From: Camelus ferus
Lineage: Eukaryota
NCBI RefSeq assembly: GCF_009834535.1
Contig: NC_045696.1
Span: 62,374,001 to 62,438,000 of the forward strand
Direction of reading: 5' to 3'
Length of the DNA stretch: 64,000 bases
Shown: piece after piece, positions 14,281-27,668 of the stretch
Layout of the letters: the number at the start of each line of letters is the position of its first letter
Position numbering within the stretch: the stretch's first letter is position 1
The notes under the pieces: generated by a model
The model's database searches: none
Seen by the model: the letters and a program-made list of their open reading frames with translations, nothing else
Told to the model about the DNA's origin: nothing
Made by a program: the position numbers and the translations under genes

Positions 14281-17200
14281 GAGGCAGGTGACCTTGTTTC
14301 TGCCAAGTGAGTCAAGGGTGGGCTGAGTCTTGGACGTCACAAGAGAGGAAGATCAGGGACGGATGTGCTCTGTCAGCGAACAGACATCAGAGGCTAAGTG
14401 TGCTCAGTGGGGCTTCCTGGAGCTCAAGAGTCCCCTCAATCCGTCCCCCCACCCCTCTGTCTCTCTAACACACCCACCTAGGCTCCACCCCTCTCAGTCC
14501 CCAGCACGGTAAGATTCCCGGGAGCCTGACCTGGGCAGCAGGAAGCCACCGAGTCTCTTCCAAAAACCGACACTAGAGGTCGCCCTTCCCGAGCATCAGG
14601 CAAGGTGCCGGGAAGACGCTCCAGCTTCTGCTTAAATTACACTGCGGGAGGCGGGCCCACTGGCCCAGATCAGAGGCGGCAGGAAGCTCCTGGCCGGCCC
14701 TCATCCTGGGTGGGAAGGGGCTGCTCAGGCCGAGACGGAGGCTGAGCCATTAAGCTCTGAGGAGAGGCAGCGATGGGCTGGCCGGCGAGGTGTGGGCTGA
14801 TGAGGGAAAGGACCCATCTTCATAGACCTTTCTCCTGCCTGGGCCGTTCCCTGGTGGGGGCGATGCTGTGCTCTGCTGGGAGAAAATGCCTTGGGATCTG
14901 AGGAGTTGCCCAGTGGCAGGGCTGGGAAAGACCAAATTCAGGTAGAAATGAAGAGATGAAACTTCCGGAAGCAACAAAAGTCTGTGCGGTCTGGAGGGCG
15001 CAGGAGATAACATATGTGTGTGAATTGTGAAGTGCTACCCACACCCTTTTTTAACTGGCCTGTTATTCTCTGCAGCAGCGGACACTGTGTCAGGGAGGCC
15101 CAGGCGTCCCTTAAGAGCATCTTGGGCCAGGGTTCACAGGAAGGCCCCTTGACCAGCTTGCCAGTGGTTCTCTCTCCCTTGTGTTCTTCTTGGCCAAGAC
15201 TTTCTTGCAGAGACCTGATTTTCTGTGTGAAAAGCTTTTAAGTGGCAATTCTGCAGTCTTTAGTTTTCTTATTACAACTTTTTTCAGGCTGGAAGCCAGA
15301 AGGACTCGTTCTGCCTGCAGATGGGAACACTGAGGTTCAGGGAGGTCAGATACCCTGCTGAGACCAGACTCGAGCCCCCAGCCTTCTCACTCCCCAGGCA
15401 GCGCTCCTATACCGTCCCTGGCTGACTCCTCTCACTAGGGAGCTACTTACCTTCCTCAGCAAGAGACATAGAGCTAAAAAGAAAATTCTGCCTGGGTCAA
15501 AAAGTTTTAAACTTGACCAGGGCCTCAAAACCAAAACCAAACAGAAGCAAGCATACCTCTGAGCCCTTGGAGCAGCCCCTCAGTCGCTGAGGCAGTCCAA
15601 ACGAACGTCCGTGAGCCCTCTGACTTGGGCCTTCAGGACGGACAATGAGGTCAGCTGCTCGCCTCTATAGCACACCAAGCTTTTCTTCATCCAGACCAAA
15701 TGGCAGAGCTCATCTTGGGTGTTTATGCACCACTAATGCTCCATGTGTCCCAGGTGAAGTGCAGCTGTCTGTGTCTGTGTCTGTGTCTCCACTTGCAGAA
15801 CAGGTAGGAGATGCTTCCACATAAAGCCCAAGGTAGCCTGGCTGGTCCAAAAATATGGCGCATGGCGGACCCTCCTCTTCCTATTGGGAGGAATAATGCA
15901 TTCCGTTGCCCACCTGTAAAGTGACTTCCCTCAACAGACTGTCCACGCCAGGCATCCGTGGGGGCTACGAGTCATGCTGACTTGTGGCACACAATGAAGG
16001 TCTCTGTAATGGCAGAACCAGTCAGTGTTTAATGTAAATGTTGAATTTACTGACCCAGCTGAACACTAGCTCTCTCTACAGTGAGAGTGGGAGCATCATG
16101 AGGACGGGAACCATGGAGATTCATTTTAGATGTGTCTCCCCCACAAGCCTGGACACAAGGCAAATGATGGGTGCTCTAGGGAGTACCCTTCCAATCAAAC
16201 CTCTTCTTAACCTCACACTGAGTTGAGTTAAGCCTGAGTTGAATTAAGTATACTTCTCTTGGGAGAAATTGTTATTCTGGAAGGATGTGACAAGTCAACA
16301 TTTTGAAACACAATAACCATCTATAGGCATCTGTTTATTCTTTTTAAAAAATTAACTCCTGAAGAAAGGACCCTTGATGAGTGGTTCTCAGTGTCTACCA
16401 ATAGCACATGTTGTCATCATATGTCCTCTCTGTTTCTCTCTCAAGAACCAACATTTTTTCTCCAAGAGAGTGCCATCCTCAGGGTGTTTCACCACCCTGG
16501 AGAAGCTGGATTGTAACAGAAAGGAGGTCAGCCTGGAGAACAGGCTGTTATTCAGCTCCTCTTGATCTTGAAGATCGTCTTTAAAGTGTCAGGGAATAAG
16601 ACAAAATATTCCTGAGGTTTTTATGTGCTTTCCTTGCTGGTGGATATAAGCAAGATTTCTTCTGCTGCCAAAGTGTCCCCAAGCCCCAGCCTGTGGCTAC
16701 AAAGAAGGTTGTGTTAACATAAAAGTCACGTTTTTATTTTGTTACCCACACCTACCCTATTGAGGCTCTCAGCGCATCCTGCTGGCACCTCCCATTGCCC
16801 CATTCACTTCTGGGAACTTGAGTGCTTAGACCAGCTTGAGGTCAGCTCCCTCACACATTTCTCTCCAGCCACTGTTTTCTTTCCTGCCCCGGGGCTTCCT
16901 GGCTTTCTGGTTTCACCACCCAAGCCAGACAGACCCCAGAAAGTACTCACCAAGCATCACCACTCTGCCAAATCAATTCTGCACCAAAATAAACATAACC
17001 CCCAAAAGACCCCTTTCTCAGGACTATGTCTGGGAAAAAGGAGTTTAACAATTTAACTGTAAAGCCTTAACTGAGTAAGATATGGGGAACCCAGAAAAAT
17101 GAGTTAAATTCGGAGGAGATAGAATCTAGGGTAAATTTTCTTTTCTTTTGCTCTCTATTAAAATTGGTTGAAATGTTCATTTTCTTCCAAGATCTGTTAC

Positions 17201-20200
17201 CATGAGAGGATTATTTGATGAAGAAGTGATTAATTCAAACAAGTGACCCTATGTGTTACATCAGCGTGATGACAGACCTCAGTGCCGTAGAACTTTCTTC
17301 CCGGGGAACAGGGCTCTCCATCCTTGTCCCAGGCCACTCTCAGTCTCTGAACCATTTCACAAAGACTTACAACCTGCTGGCTGCTGCTTTTCAAAATTCT
17401 CATTCTGGCCACAATTATTATTTTTAAAACACGTTTATCAGGTTGAAGGTTACATGGCAATTAAGCCTCCAGAGAATGCTTAGATTTGGTGCAGTTGCTG
17501 GGGGAAAAAATATGCCTCTCTCTCCTGTTATTACCTCCCCCCTTTCCTGCTCGAAATAGGACTTGCATCTCTGTGGGTGGGTTATGGTTCTTGCAAACCT
17601 AATAGTTTTTTCCCCGCCTCAGAAACCTTTATCTTTTGTTGTGAACCTTTTCAAGGAGAAGGTCATCACTTGCAATTGTTTGTCTTCCCTCACCGGTGGG
17701 AAGGGCATGACGGTCATCCCGCCTGCCCGTGTCTGAGTCACCCTGTTTCAGAGGCAAGAGGCTCCCCTGTGTGTGTCTCTTTTCTTTCTTAGTTCTCAGA
17801 CTGATCAGGCCGCTGTCCCAAGGGAACTAATAGAGCCTTGAGGTTGGCGATGCATGTGCCTCTGGATTAGAGGCATTTGCTTTAGGGGAAACACAGAGAC
17901 CGCTCTCCTCTTAGAGCATTCTACCCCAGACTTTCCCTACAAAAGCAAAGGGGACCATCTGGACCAGCCATTTCTTTGTTCCATTGTTCTGTGTCTATTC
18001 TTTCACCAATACCACACTGTCTTGATTACCGTAGCTTTCTAGGAAGTCTTGAAGTTGAATAGTGTTCATCCTCCGACTTTGTTCTGCAGTATCATGCTGG
18101 CTATTCTGAACATGGGCAGAATTCTGATAGGTAGAAATGGAGATGAGAGGCTCAGGGGAGGGAATGAGCAGAGGTTTAACAGAGGAAAAGGGGAGATGCA
18201 TTGGAGGACGGTGAGTAATTGCAGTTGCCTGTACCCTAGTTTTATAAATGTAATAAGACTGTGTTTTCTAGAAAAGAGATGTCTCTAGCCACAGATGGGA
18301 TTGTTCTTTCCCATGGGGATTTGAGTACCCAGGCCTGGAGAGGAAGAGGGGAAGGAGACCCAAGAAGCCCTTGTGACGGGCTGTCACGGGCATTGTGCCA
18401 GCCGTGGATCTGGATTTGATATTGTGAACCTTTGTGGATAACATGTTTAACTTTTGCCCTCATACAAGGACAGATAGGGAGCCCCCACAGGGTTTTCCTG
18501 GGGAGTCAGTGATATTTGGGGAAAGGCACTGATTTGGAGTCAGGAGACCTGAGTTCTAGCTTGGGCTCTGCCATTTCCAGCCTCACAGTGTGACACAATT
18601 CACTCCCCTCTCTGTGCCCCTGCTCCTTCACGGGGTGATGATAGGTGCCCTCTCAGCCTCCCAGGGAAGCGATTATAAGAAGCAGTTAGGTAATGTGTAT
18701 GCAAGCACTTTGTAAACTATGAAACACTACCAAGTGTAAACAATGATGAAGTTGAAGGAGGTGATTCCTGAAGGAAAGGCGCTGTCAGACATGCAGTGTA
18801 TAGTCATCATGTTTCACTTTTTTGCTTCCCTTCCCAGGTAGCAGAGCATGGATCTCATCAGCAGGTTTTCATAAATAATTAGGAGTATCAGTGAGCATCT
18901 CCATCTATAGACCCAGCCTTGCCCTCGATTTGCCTTCATATATTAAGTTCCTCAAAGGCAAACGGCCTACCATTTATCTGTAAGCCCACAGTTCCTAGAA
19001 GTGTCTTTTATATAGGAGACATTTAAAAAGTTGGCTTTTTAAAAACAAAACATATTGGGCTTTATAGGTATGTGATAAAACTAACTGGCCACAAGCTTAG
19101 CGTGAGTCAGATGGTTAGAAAAGTAAATGTGCGACGTCTTATAAAGGAGAAGACTGCACGTGCCATTCAGCCATTCCAGTCACAGCTGCTTACCCTGGAG
19201 CCTTCCACACACACACGTGCACAAGGAGTGGTGATCAACAGTGTTCACTGCAACATTGTCTGTAATAGAAAATCGGAAACAATCTAAATGTCCATCAACA
19301 GGAGCATGAAAAAACATATTGTGGGAAAAATCAATGGACTGCAAAATCTCAGTTAGAATGAATCCTATAGGTAAATCTCAAAAACTTCACTTACAGAAAA
19401 GTACGTAGTGTGCTACAATTTATATGAAGTTGAAAACAAGTAAAACAATGCTATGTATGGTTTTCTGATTCATACATTTAACCATATAAAAGCTTGCATG
19501 GGAAAGATAAGCACCAAGCTCATGATAATGGTTTCCCCAGGGGAGAGAGGGGAGGGAGTGTGAAGGAGATGCTTAGGGGGCTTCAGCTGTAGCTCTAATC
19601 TAATATCTAAAGCAAGGGTGGCTTTAAAGGTGACTTTAAAAGAAGTCTGAAGCAAATGTGACATCATATTAGATTGCCAAAGCAGAGGGGTAGCTTCTTA
19701 GGTGATTATTTTACTCAATGCTTTTTATATACCTGATGTATTTCACAATTTGAAAAGCCCTTTGGCAACAAGTGTTGGGAGAGCTTTAAATGAATCTTAG
19801 GCTGAGTTACTTGAAGCAGTGTGTATTGCAGGAGAAACATGATCAGTCTCTCAATTCTGCCACGAGGTGGCACCACACCTGACAAACCAGAGCCCAGACA
19901 AACCACACAAACCAGCGCCCAGAACAGCAGAGGGGAGGGAATGGGCTGGGGGTTGGGTTGACTGCTGGAGGGTTCAGGAGCCTTCTAATATGAGGAAAGT
20001 TAAAGGACAAGGAAATCTTTAACTTGAAAGAGACAGGATTCAAAGGGACATAGGACCACAGCATTCAGATATCTCAGGTGGGGCACGGAGCATACTCCGC
20101 ACCCCATGTGATCTCACAGAAGGCAATGGGATAGAAGCTGGGAGGGAGAGGGGCAGTTCCAAGTCACCCTCAGAGCCACAGCTGTGGGTCCCTGGACCCC

Positions 20201-20712
20201 GGCTGCTGAGTGAAGTCTGAGCATCCTTGTCCAGCGGTAATAATTACAAAGAGCCCATATTCCGAGCTCTGGGGATGCTGCAGGAAGGATTGTAACTTGG
20301 CTAGGTAACACACAAGGTCCTTTCTAATGCTGATATCCATCCAAATCCAAATTTGGATAAGCCTATAGTTGTAAAACTATAACAGACAGCATTTACTTTT
20401 TAGTGTTGATATCCTGAAAGATAACAATAACATGTATTATTCTCTCATTGTTGGTCATGTATTCTGGGGGTTCTATTCTTTTGTCCTTTCTTTCCTTCCA
20501 TTTTTCTGAGTGTGTCTCTATTGCTGGTGGCTTTTGCCCTTGTGTTTCTGTCTCTACATCTCTTGTGTCTTTGTCTTTCCTTTCTCGTTCTGTCTGTCTC
20601 TCTCAACCTCTGTTTTTCTCTCATTTTCTCTATGCTTCCCTCTCCTCACCTACCAACATTCAACTTCTACATCATCTTTTTCCCAGTAGCTTTATCTCAT
20701 GCACATATTTTT

Positions 20713-23295
20713 AAATCAGTTTTCTTAAGGTATAATTCACATATACAATAAAATTCACTCATTTTAAGCTTTGACAGATGTGCCCACCACTCCAAGACAG
20801 AGCATTTCATGCTCCCTGCTGCCCTTTGCAGTCCGTCCCCTTCACCATCTGCTAGCACCTGGCAACCACTGATTTGCTTTCTGTCACTATGATTTTGCCT
20901 CTTCTAGAATGTTATATAAATGGAGTGATATAACACGTAGTTTTTGTATTTGGCTTCTTTCACTTGGCATAATGCTTTTGACATTCATCTGTTCTTATAT
21001 GCATCTATAGTTCATTCCTTTTTGTTACTGAGTAGTATTTTGTTGTATGGGTTTATCACAATTTGCAGTATTCACCACATAGATATTTATCTGTTCACCA
21101 GTTGATGGATATTAGGGTTGTTTCTAGTTTGGGTCAATAAGACTAAAGGTACATATTGATCAATGGAACAGAACAGACAGCCCAGAAATAAACCCACACA
21201 CCTATAGCGAATTAATCTTTGACAAAGGAGGCAAGAATATACAATGAAGAAAAGTCTGTCTCTTCAGCAAGTGATGTTGGGGAAGCCGGACAGCCATATG
21301 TAAATCAATAAAGTTAGAATACTCCCTCACACCATACACAAAAATAAACTCAGGAATGGCTTGAACTTAAATAAAAGACATGACACCATAAAACTACTAG
21401 AACAGAACATATGCAAAACATTCTTAGACATAAATCTCAGTAATATTTTCTTAGTTCAGTCTCCCAAGGCAATAGAAATGAAAGCAAAAATAAACACATG
21501 GGACCTAATCAAACGTATAAGCTCTTGCACAGCAAAGAAAAGCATGAACAAAATGAAAAGACAATCTATGTACTGGCAGAAAATATTTGCAAACAATGTG
21601 ACCAACAAGGGCTTAATTTCCAAAATATACAGTAGCTTATGCAACTCAATATAAGAAAAATTCAAAATATGGGCAGAAGATCTAAATAGACATTTCTACA
21701 AAGAAGGCATACAGATGACTAACAGGCATATGAAAAGATGCTCCACATTGCTAATTATTAGAGAAATGCAAATCAAAACTACAGTGAGGTATTACCTCAC
21801 ACCAGTCAGAATGGCCATCATCAAAAAGTCTATAAATGATAAATGCTGGAGAGGATGTGGAGAAAAGGGAATCCTTCCACACTGTTGGTGGGAACGTAAA
21901 TTGGTGCAACCACTATGGAAAACAGTCTATATTCTTAAAAAACTGAAGATAGAGTTACAATATGAGCCAGGAATCCCACTCCTGGGCTTATATCCAGAAA
22001 AGACAAAACTCTAATTCATAAAGATATATGCACAACAATGTTCACAGTAGCATAATTTGTAATAGTCAAGATATGGAAGTAACCTAAGAGTCCATCAACA
22101 AATGAATGGATAAAGAACGTGTGGTATATATATGTGTATGTGTGTGTTTGTGTGTATATATATATATAAAATATATATATATATAATAAAAAAGAATGAA
22201 ATATTGCCATTTGCAGCAACATGGATGGACCTAGAGATTATTGTACTAAGTGAAGAAAGTCAGGCAGAGAAAGGCAAAAATATCACTTATATGTGAAATC
22301 TAATAAACTAATACAAATGAACTTATTTACAAAACAAAAAGAGACTCACAGACATACAAAACAAACTTACAGTTACCAAAGGGGGAAGGGGGCAAGGGAT
22401 AAACTAGGAGTGTGGGATTAGCAGATATACACTACTATATATAAAATAGATAAACAAGGATTTATTGTGTAATACATGGAACTATATTCAATATCTTGTA
22501 ATAACCTATAATGGAAAAGAATCCAAAGCTGTACACCTGAAACTAACACAATATTGTAAATGAACTATAGCTTAATAAATAGAATGAATGAATGAATAAA
22601 TAAATTAATAAATAAAATGAGAACAAATAAAGCTGCCATGAACATTTGTGTAGCAGGTCTTTATGTGGACATATATTTTTATTTATCATATGTTCTCTTG
22701 AGTAAATACCTGGGGTGGAATGGCTGGGTCATACGGTATGTGTGTGTTTGTAAGAAACTGTCAAACTGATTTCCAGTGTGGCTGTACTATTTTGCATTCC
22801 CACCAGCAGTGTCTGAGACATTCTGTTGCTCCACATCCTCACTAACACTTAGTATAGTTAAGTCTTTTCAATTTTAACCATCCTAGTTGTTGTAAAGTGA
22901 TATCTCATTGCAGTTTTTAATTTGTATTTTCCTAGTGACTAATGATGTTGAACATTTTTTCCATGTGCTTATTAGCCATTCATGTAACTTTTTTGTTGAA
23001 GTGTCCATTCATTCTTTTGTCCATTTCTTTAATGGAATTGTTTGTCTTCTTCTTATTATTATTAAATTATAAAAGTTCTTTATATATTTAGCATGTAAGA
23101 CCTTCATTAGAAATATTTGCCAATATTTACCTCCCAGTCTGTGGCTTGTCTTTCATTTTCTGAATGATGTCTTTTGAAGGGCAAATTTTAACAATTTGAT
23201 GGTAATTCCTTTCTTATGGCTCATGTTTTTTGTGTCCTAAAAAAAATTTAGTAACCCAAGTTCACAAAGATTTTGGTCTAGGTTTTCTTCCAAGA
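20713..23295 (-). mobile_element. Old L1M (L1MB-like) 3' fragment, antisense, interrupted by the younger L1
   Basis: Typical antisense L1 3' end (GTATAATTCACATATACAATAAAATTCAC, CCTGGCAACCACTGATTTGCTTTCTGTC). It resumes at about 22620 (AATAAAGCTGCCATGAACATT). Confidence 0.88.
21149..22615 (+). mobile_element. 5'-truncated L1 (ORF2 C-terminus + cetartiodactyl-type 3'UTR + A-rich tail)
   Basis: ORFs at 21361 and 21715 translate to L1 ORF2 ([34 protein letters not shown]...CWRGCGEKG...HCWW). The 3'UTR ...GCTGTACACCTGAAACTAACACAATATTGTAAAT ends in (AATA)n. Confidence 0.93.
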
Positions 23296-25016
23296 ATTTG
23301 GCATAGGAATTCTTCCAGAATGTGATTTGACTAAATCCCAAGTCTCTCTAGAATGGCCGCACCAGTGCCCCCGTCTACCAGCAGTTCAGGTTTCCTATAA
23401 CCCACAGCCCCACAATACCTGGCCTTGTTCAGCTTTCTAACATCCGCCAGACTAAGTATAAGTGATATTGCTTTGTGATTCTAATTTGCACTGCTCTGAT
23501 GCCTGATTTAAGTCAGTTTGCTTTTTATCTATGTGATTCCCCGTTGCTTTTTTTCTCTCGTGTCTGCTCATATCAAAGTGTTTCCCAAACCCTTTTTAGA
23601 GCTTCCCACAAGTATCATTTGGTCCTTCTGCTTTGTTTATTGTCATCACTGACAACAATCAGATGTAATCGGAGGCAAACTAATTCTTTCCTCCAGTCTT
23701 TGGCTTATGTGATGAGTGGGAGTATGAACACGCAGGTACCTGAATTTCAGAATGAAGTTTCCATCAGCAGGACCTTTGCTACTATAATTTTTTTTTAATT
23801 GCAACAAGTAATGAAATAGCAAGACTTCTTTGTCACCATATCTGGGAGCTCTGTACTCAAGAAGGGGAACCATTTCTTTCTAAAGGTATTTGCTGCTTAC
23901 TAATAACATTGAAAAGTCATCATTATTCTGTCTTTCTCCTCTCTGAGAAAGACAGATGTGGCTGCATGAATAATCTGTTTTAGAGTCCAAGGCTGTATCT
24001 TGAATGTGTGTGCAATTCTGTGAGGAGTGTCTGGCTTAAGCCGTGGAATAAGTTGGCTCAAAAGTAGAACTTGGAAAACAAATAATACTCTGTCCAAATA
24101 CTCTCTCAGCAACAAGCCAAATAAAAAAATGATATAAACTTCCCCTAAATACTTTAACATTTCCAGACAACATTTTAGGTGTCATACTAAAACGCCAGTG
24201 CTTATACCACTGCGGGCTGGCTGCATAACGATCAAGCTACATAAACCCTCTAGGGGTGGATTCTTCTAAGGTCAAAAGTATAGTCAAATTTCCCTTTGAC
24301 AGTCCCTGGACTCCTGTCACACAGCATCTCAGAAACTGTTTTGCAAGTGTGGGTCATCAATTTCTCTAGTCATCTGTCAGCTGCATTTTTATCCTGGGTA
24401 TTTTCTGAGTTCTACCTAGAGTTCCACAACAATATAGTGTCCTTCTCCCTCTTGTCTGATCTCATCTTCTGCACAGGTGCCACATTTTGCTACTGGATGT
24501 GCTACATTTAGCAAGGACCATCTGATGCCTTAAAAGCAAAAAAATGTGCCTCTCTATACCTCACCTCCATTGATGCACATCACCTCAGGGTCAGCTATGG
24601 GTGCATTCCAGAAGAAAAGGACTGTCCTAGTTTCAGAAGAACAACTCATTGGCAGCCACCCCAATGTTTAGTAGCCGAAGGGATGTTTGTGTCCAGGGCC
24701 AGTATACAGTTGTGCTGTTTGTGCACTGCACATAAAGGTCCAGTAGAGCTGGCGAATGTAGACTGAAATACAAGCTGTGTGTCCTGACTTAGAGATGGCT
24801 TTTCCCAGAAAGGACAGCACAAAGATGCCCTGTAAGCTACGAGAGGCCCCACAGGGTCAGTGTTGGATCCAAAAGGCCCGGAGCCAGGGCTTCGGGGAGG
24901 CCGAGAACAGGCCGAGGGTGCTGTTGTGTTGCACCCTGTAGAAATGGTGTTCTTTGGAGGTTGCCTGAAAGATTGCACATCAGTGCCTACAGATCCTGGG
25001 AAAAAAGGGCTGCCTC

Positions 25017-25225
25017 AGTGGTCCTCTATAGAGAGAGGGGTGGGAGCTTGCCCCCAGAGGACACTTGGCAATGTCTAGAGGTGTTTTTGATTGTTATGAT
25101 AGGGGGCTGCTACTGGTGGTTAGAGGCCAAGAAGCTGCTAAACATCCTACAAGACACAGGACATTCTCCTGCATTAGAATTATCTGATCCAAAAAAATCA
25201 GTAGTGCCACTGTTGAGAAACCCCG
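25017..25225. mobile_element. MER20 DNA transposon
   Basis: TTGCCCCCAGAGGACACTTGGCAATGTCTAGAG...GCTGCTAAACATCCTACAA...GTTGAGAAACCC. Confidence 0.88.
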
Positions 25226-26119
25226 AGCAACACAAAGATAAGAGGAACAAGTCTCCTCCATCGGTGGACGTGTGGGTAATAATGTGGTTATTTTAACCTA
25301 ATATTTAAGAGGAGCCAGTTGTAAGCTTCTGTTTTTTTTTTTAAGGAAGTAGAGATCCCTCCTCCACCCCAATCCTACCCCATCCCACTCTCCTTTCCTT
25401 CCCCCCATCCCCCTGTTGCCGTGGGAAAACAAGATGCTCAAAAGAAAGTTCTACATCATAATTGTGCGCGTATCCATATGCACGTGTCTACATGTGGGTG
25501 AGAGAGAAATCAAGACAGAATGAGAAACAGAAAAAGACACTTGGAAAGGCAGAAAGAGATGTGCAGAGAAAGACAGTGCGGGAGTCAGGCGAGAGGTAGT
25601 TGGAAAGAGAGAAAAAAAAGAGGAAAAAAACCACAGAAGACTGACCTCCAACTAAATTTTTTTCAACAAATACCACCCATAGTATGTCAGAGCCTGGAAA
25701 TTCAGTGATCATGATGATGCGTTCCATGAGCCTGCAATCTCTCTGAGAGACAAAGGCTGCCAGCTGCAAACCCAGCTGTAACCGGCTGCAAAGTGGAAAG
25801 CTCACAGTAAGTCCTAAACAAAGCGGGAGGGGATGTGGAGGAGGGGCTGACTTTCTGCTGGGGGATGGGGGCCCCAGGGAAGCTTCACGGGGTGGTGACC
25901 ACTGATATGAACTGAGAGGAGAAACGTGTGGGGGGAGGAACAGAATGAGGAGAGAGGACTCACGGCAGATGGGTTTAGGGAATGGCAGAGGTGAGGATGC
26001 AGGATGGACCTGGGCAGTGGAGGGGTAGAGGTGGGAAATGAGGTTGAAAAGGGCAATTATGACCCCCATGATCCCTGGGGTGAGATTAGACCTTGAATCT
26101 GTGCTTGAACTTGTACACA

Positions 26120-26449
26120 CAGACGATGTCTGGAGCTTCTTGCATAATATTTCCTCACCTCGTTCCAGTTTTTGCTCAGGATTGCCCTTTCTGTGAGTCC
26201 AACCCTGATGACCCTATGAAAAATTTCAGCCCACCTCCCTGGCATTCCCAGCCCCTCTGTCCTTTCTTCACTACTCATCACCTAATAACATACTATATAA
26301 AATTCATTTCTTAACTTAATGTTTGTATTCCTTGACTAGAATATAAGCTTCATGAGAACAGAAATTTTCTTTTGTTTACTAATGTATCTAAAACAGTGAC
26401 TCGTGCATAGTAAGTGCTCAGTAAATACCTGAATGAATGAACGAATGAA
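26120..26449 (+). mobile_element. L2 3' end
   Basis: CTAGAATATAAGCTTCATGAGAACAG...ATAGTAAGTGCTCAGTAAATA..(TGAA)n tail. Confidence 0.8.
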
Positions 26450-26529
26450 TGGGGAGTTGGAGGCATTCCCCCATCTGTCAGCCCCTTCTGGAGGTTTACA
26501 TTTCTCACACCAGCACCTCGGGAGGATAT

Positions 26530-27125
26530 AATAATTTTCCAGTGTTGCATAATCAATTGCCGCAAACTGAAGGGTTTAAAACAACAAATGTGTTTTATCT
26601 CACAGTTTCTCTGGGTCAGGAATCCCAGTAAAGCTTATCTGGGGCTGCTGTGTAGAGTCTCATAAAGCTGTAATCAAGATGTCAGCTGGGGCTGGGTCTC
26701 CCCTGAGGCCCTCCTGGGGCAGGGTCTACCTCCAGGCTCCTTCAGGTTGTTGGCAGAGCTCAGTGTCTGCAGCTCTGTGACACGGAGCTTCAGTTCCTTG
26801 CTGACTGTTGGCAAGAGGCTGTTCTCAGCTCCCAGAGCCCTCCTGCAGTTCCTTGGCATGTGGAATTCCCCAACATGGCCCAGTGCTTCCTCACAGCCAA
26901 CTACAGGGACAGAAAGGGAGATAGAAACTCCAGCAAATGCACACTACAATTTTACGTAACATAATAATGTAACCACACAGACGTAGGCAGCCACATCCTG
27001 TCACCTCTGCCACATGGTAGAACCAAGTGAGTCACAGGTTCTACCCACACTCAACAGATGGGGCTCAAACAAAGGCATGAACACCAGGTGGTGGGGTCAG
27101 AGGGACCATTTTAAAAGAAAGTCCA
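26530..27125 (-). mobile_element. MLT1-family MaLR LTR
   Basis: TTAAAACAACAAATGTGTTTTATCTCACAGTTTCTCTGGGTCAGGAATCC...ATCAAGATGTCAGCTGGGGCTG. Confidence 0.8.
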
Positions 27126-27346
27126 CCTCAGGAGGTGATAGCTGGAGGCGATGCTTCTCCTCTGAAAGCAGGCAGTCCCTTGGTCTTCTGCACCTCAACC
27201 TCTGCACCATATTAGAGTTATTTACATGTGTATCTGCCTCTCCCACCAGACTAGGGGTGGGGATTGTTCTCACTCATCTTTAGAATCAGCTGCTAGCACA
27301 GAGCTTGGCACATAGTAAGTCATCAGTTTAGGACGAATGGGTAGAA

Positions 27347-27406
27347 GGATGGATGGATGGGTGGATGGGTGGGTGGGTGGGTGGATAATGAACGGATAAA
27401 TGGATG
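27347..27406. repeat. (GGAT)n/(GGGT)n simple repeat at an L2 tail
   Basis: GGATGGATGGATGGGTGGATGGGTGGGTGGGTGGTGGAT-like run, seen directly. Confidence 0.85.
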
Positions 27407-27668
27407 GAAGAAAGGAAGAGAAGAAGGGAAAATGTGGTAACAAAACAGATAAACATGTCAGATGAAGGCAAAGTACCTGGACAGAAGGAGCGTGGCCCTC
27501 ACCTGACAGTGGGCCACACACTGTGAAGTGAGAAGGTACGAGGAGCAACAGACGGATCTGCTCACAGTCCCAGCTTCATTCCTGGAACTGCATTTGGCAT
27601 CTTCCTATCAGGGCAGCCAAGAGACCAGAGGCAGGCAGTCTCTCTTTCCCAGATCTTCTGTTTTCTCC

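Noticed and set aside
21361..22014. ORFs with protein-like sequence
   Set aside because: Broken L1 ORF2 fragments, not host genes.
25488..26120. Longest ORF in the track (210 aa)
   Set aside because: A low-complexity Pro/Ser/Leu/Phe product of a purine-rich plus strand. No recognisable domain or splice structure.
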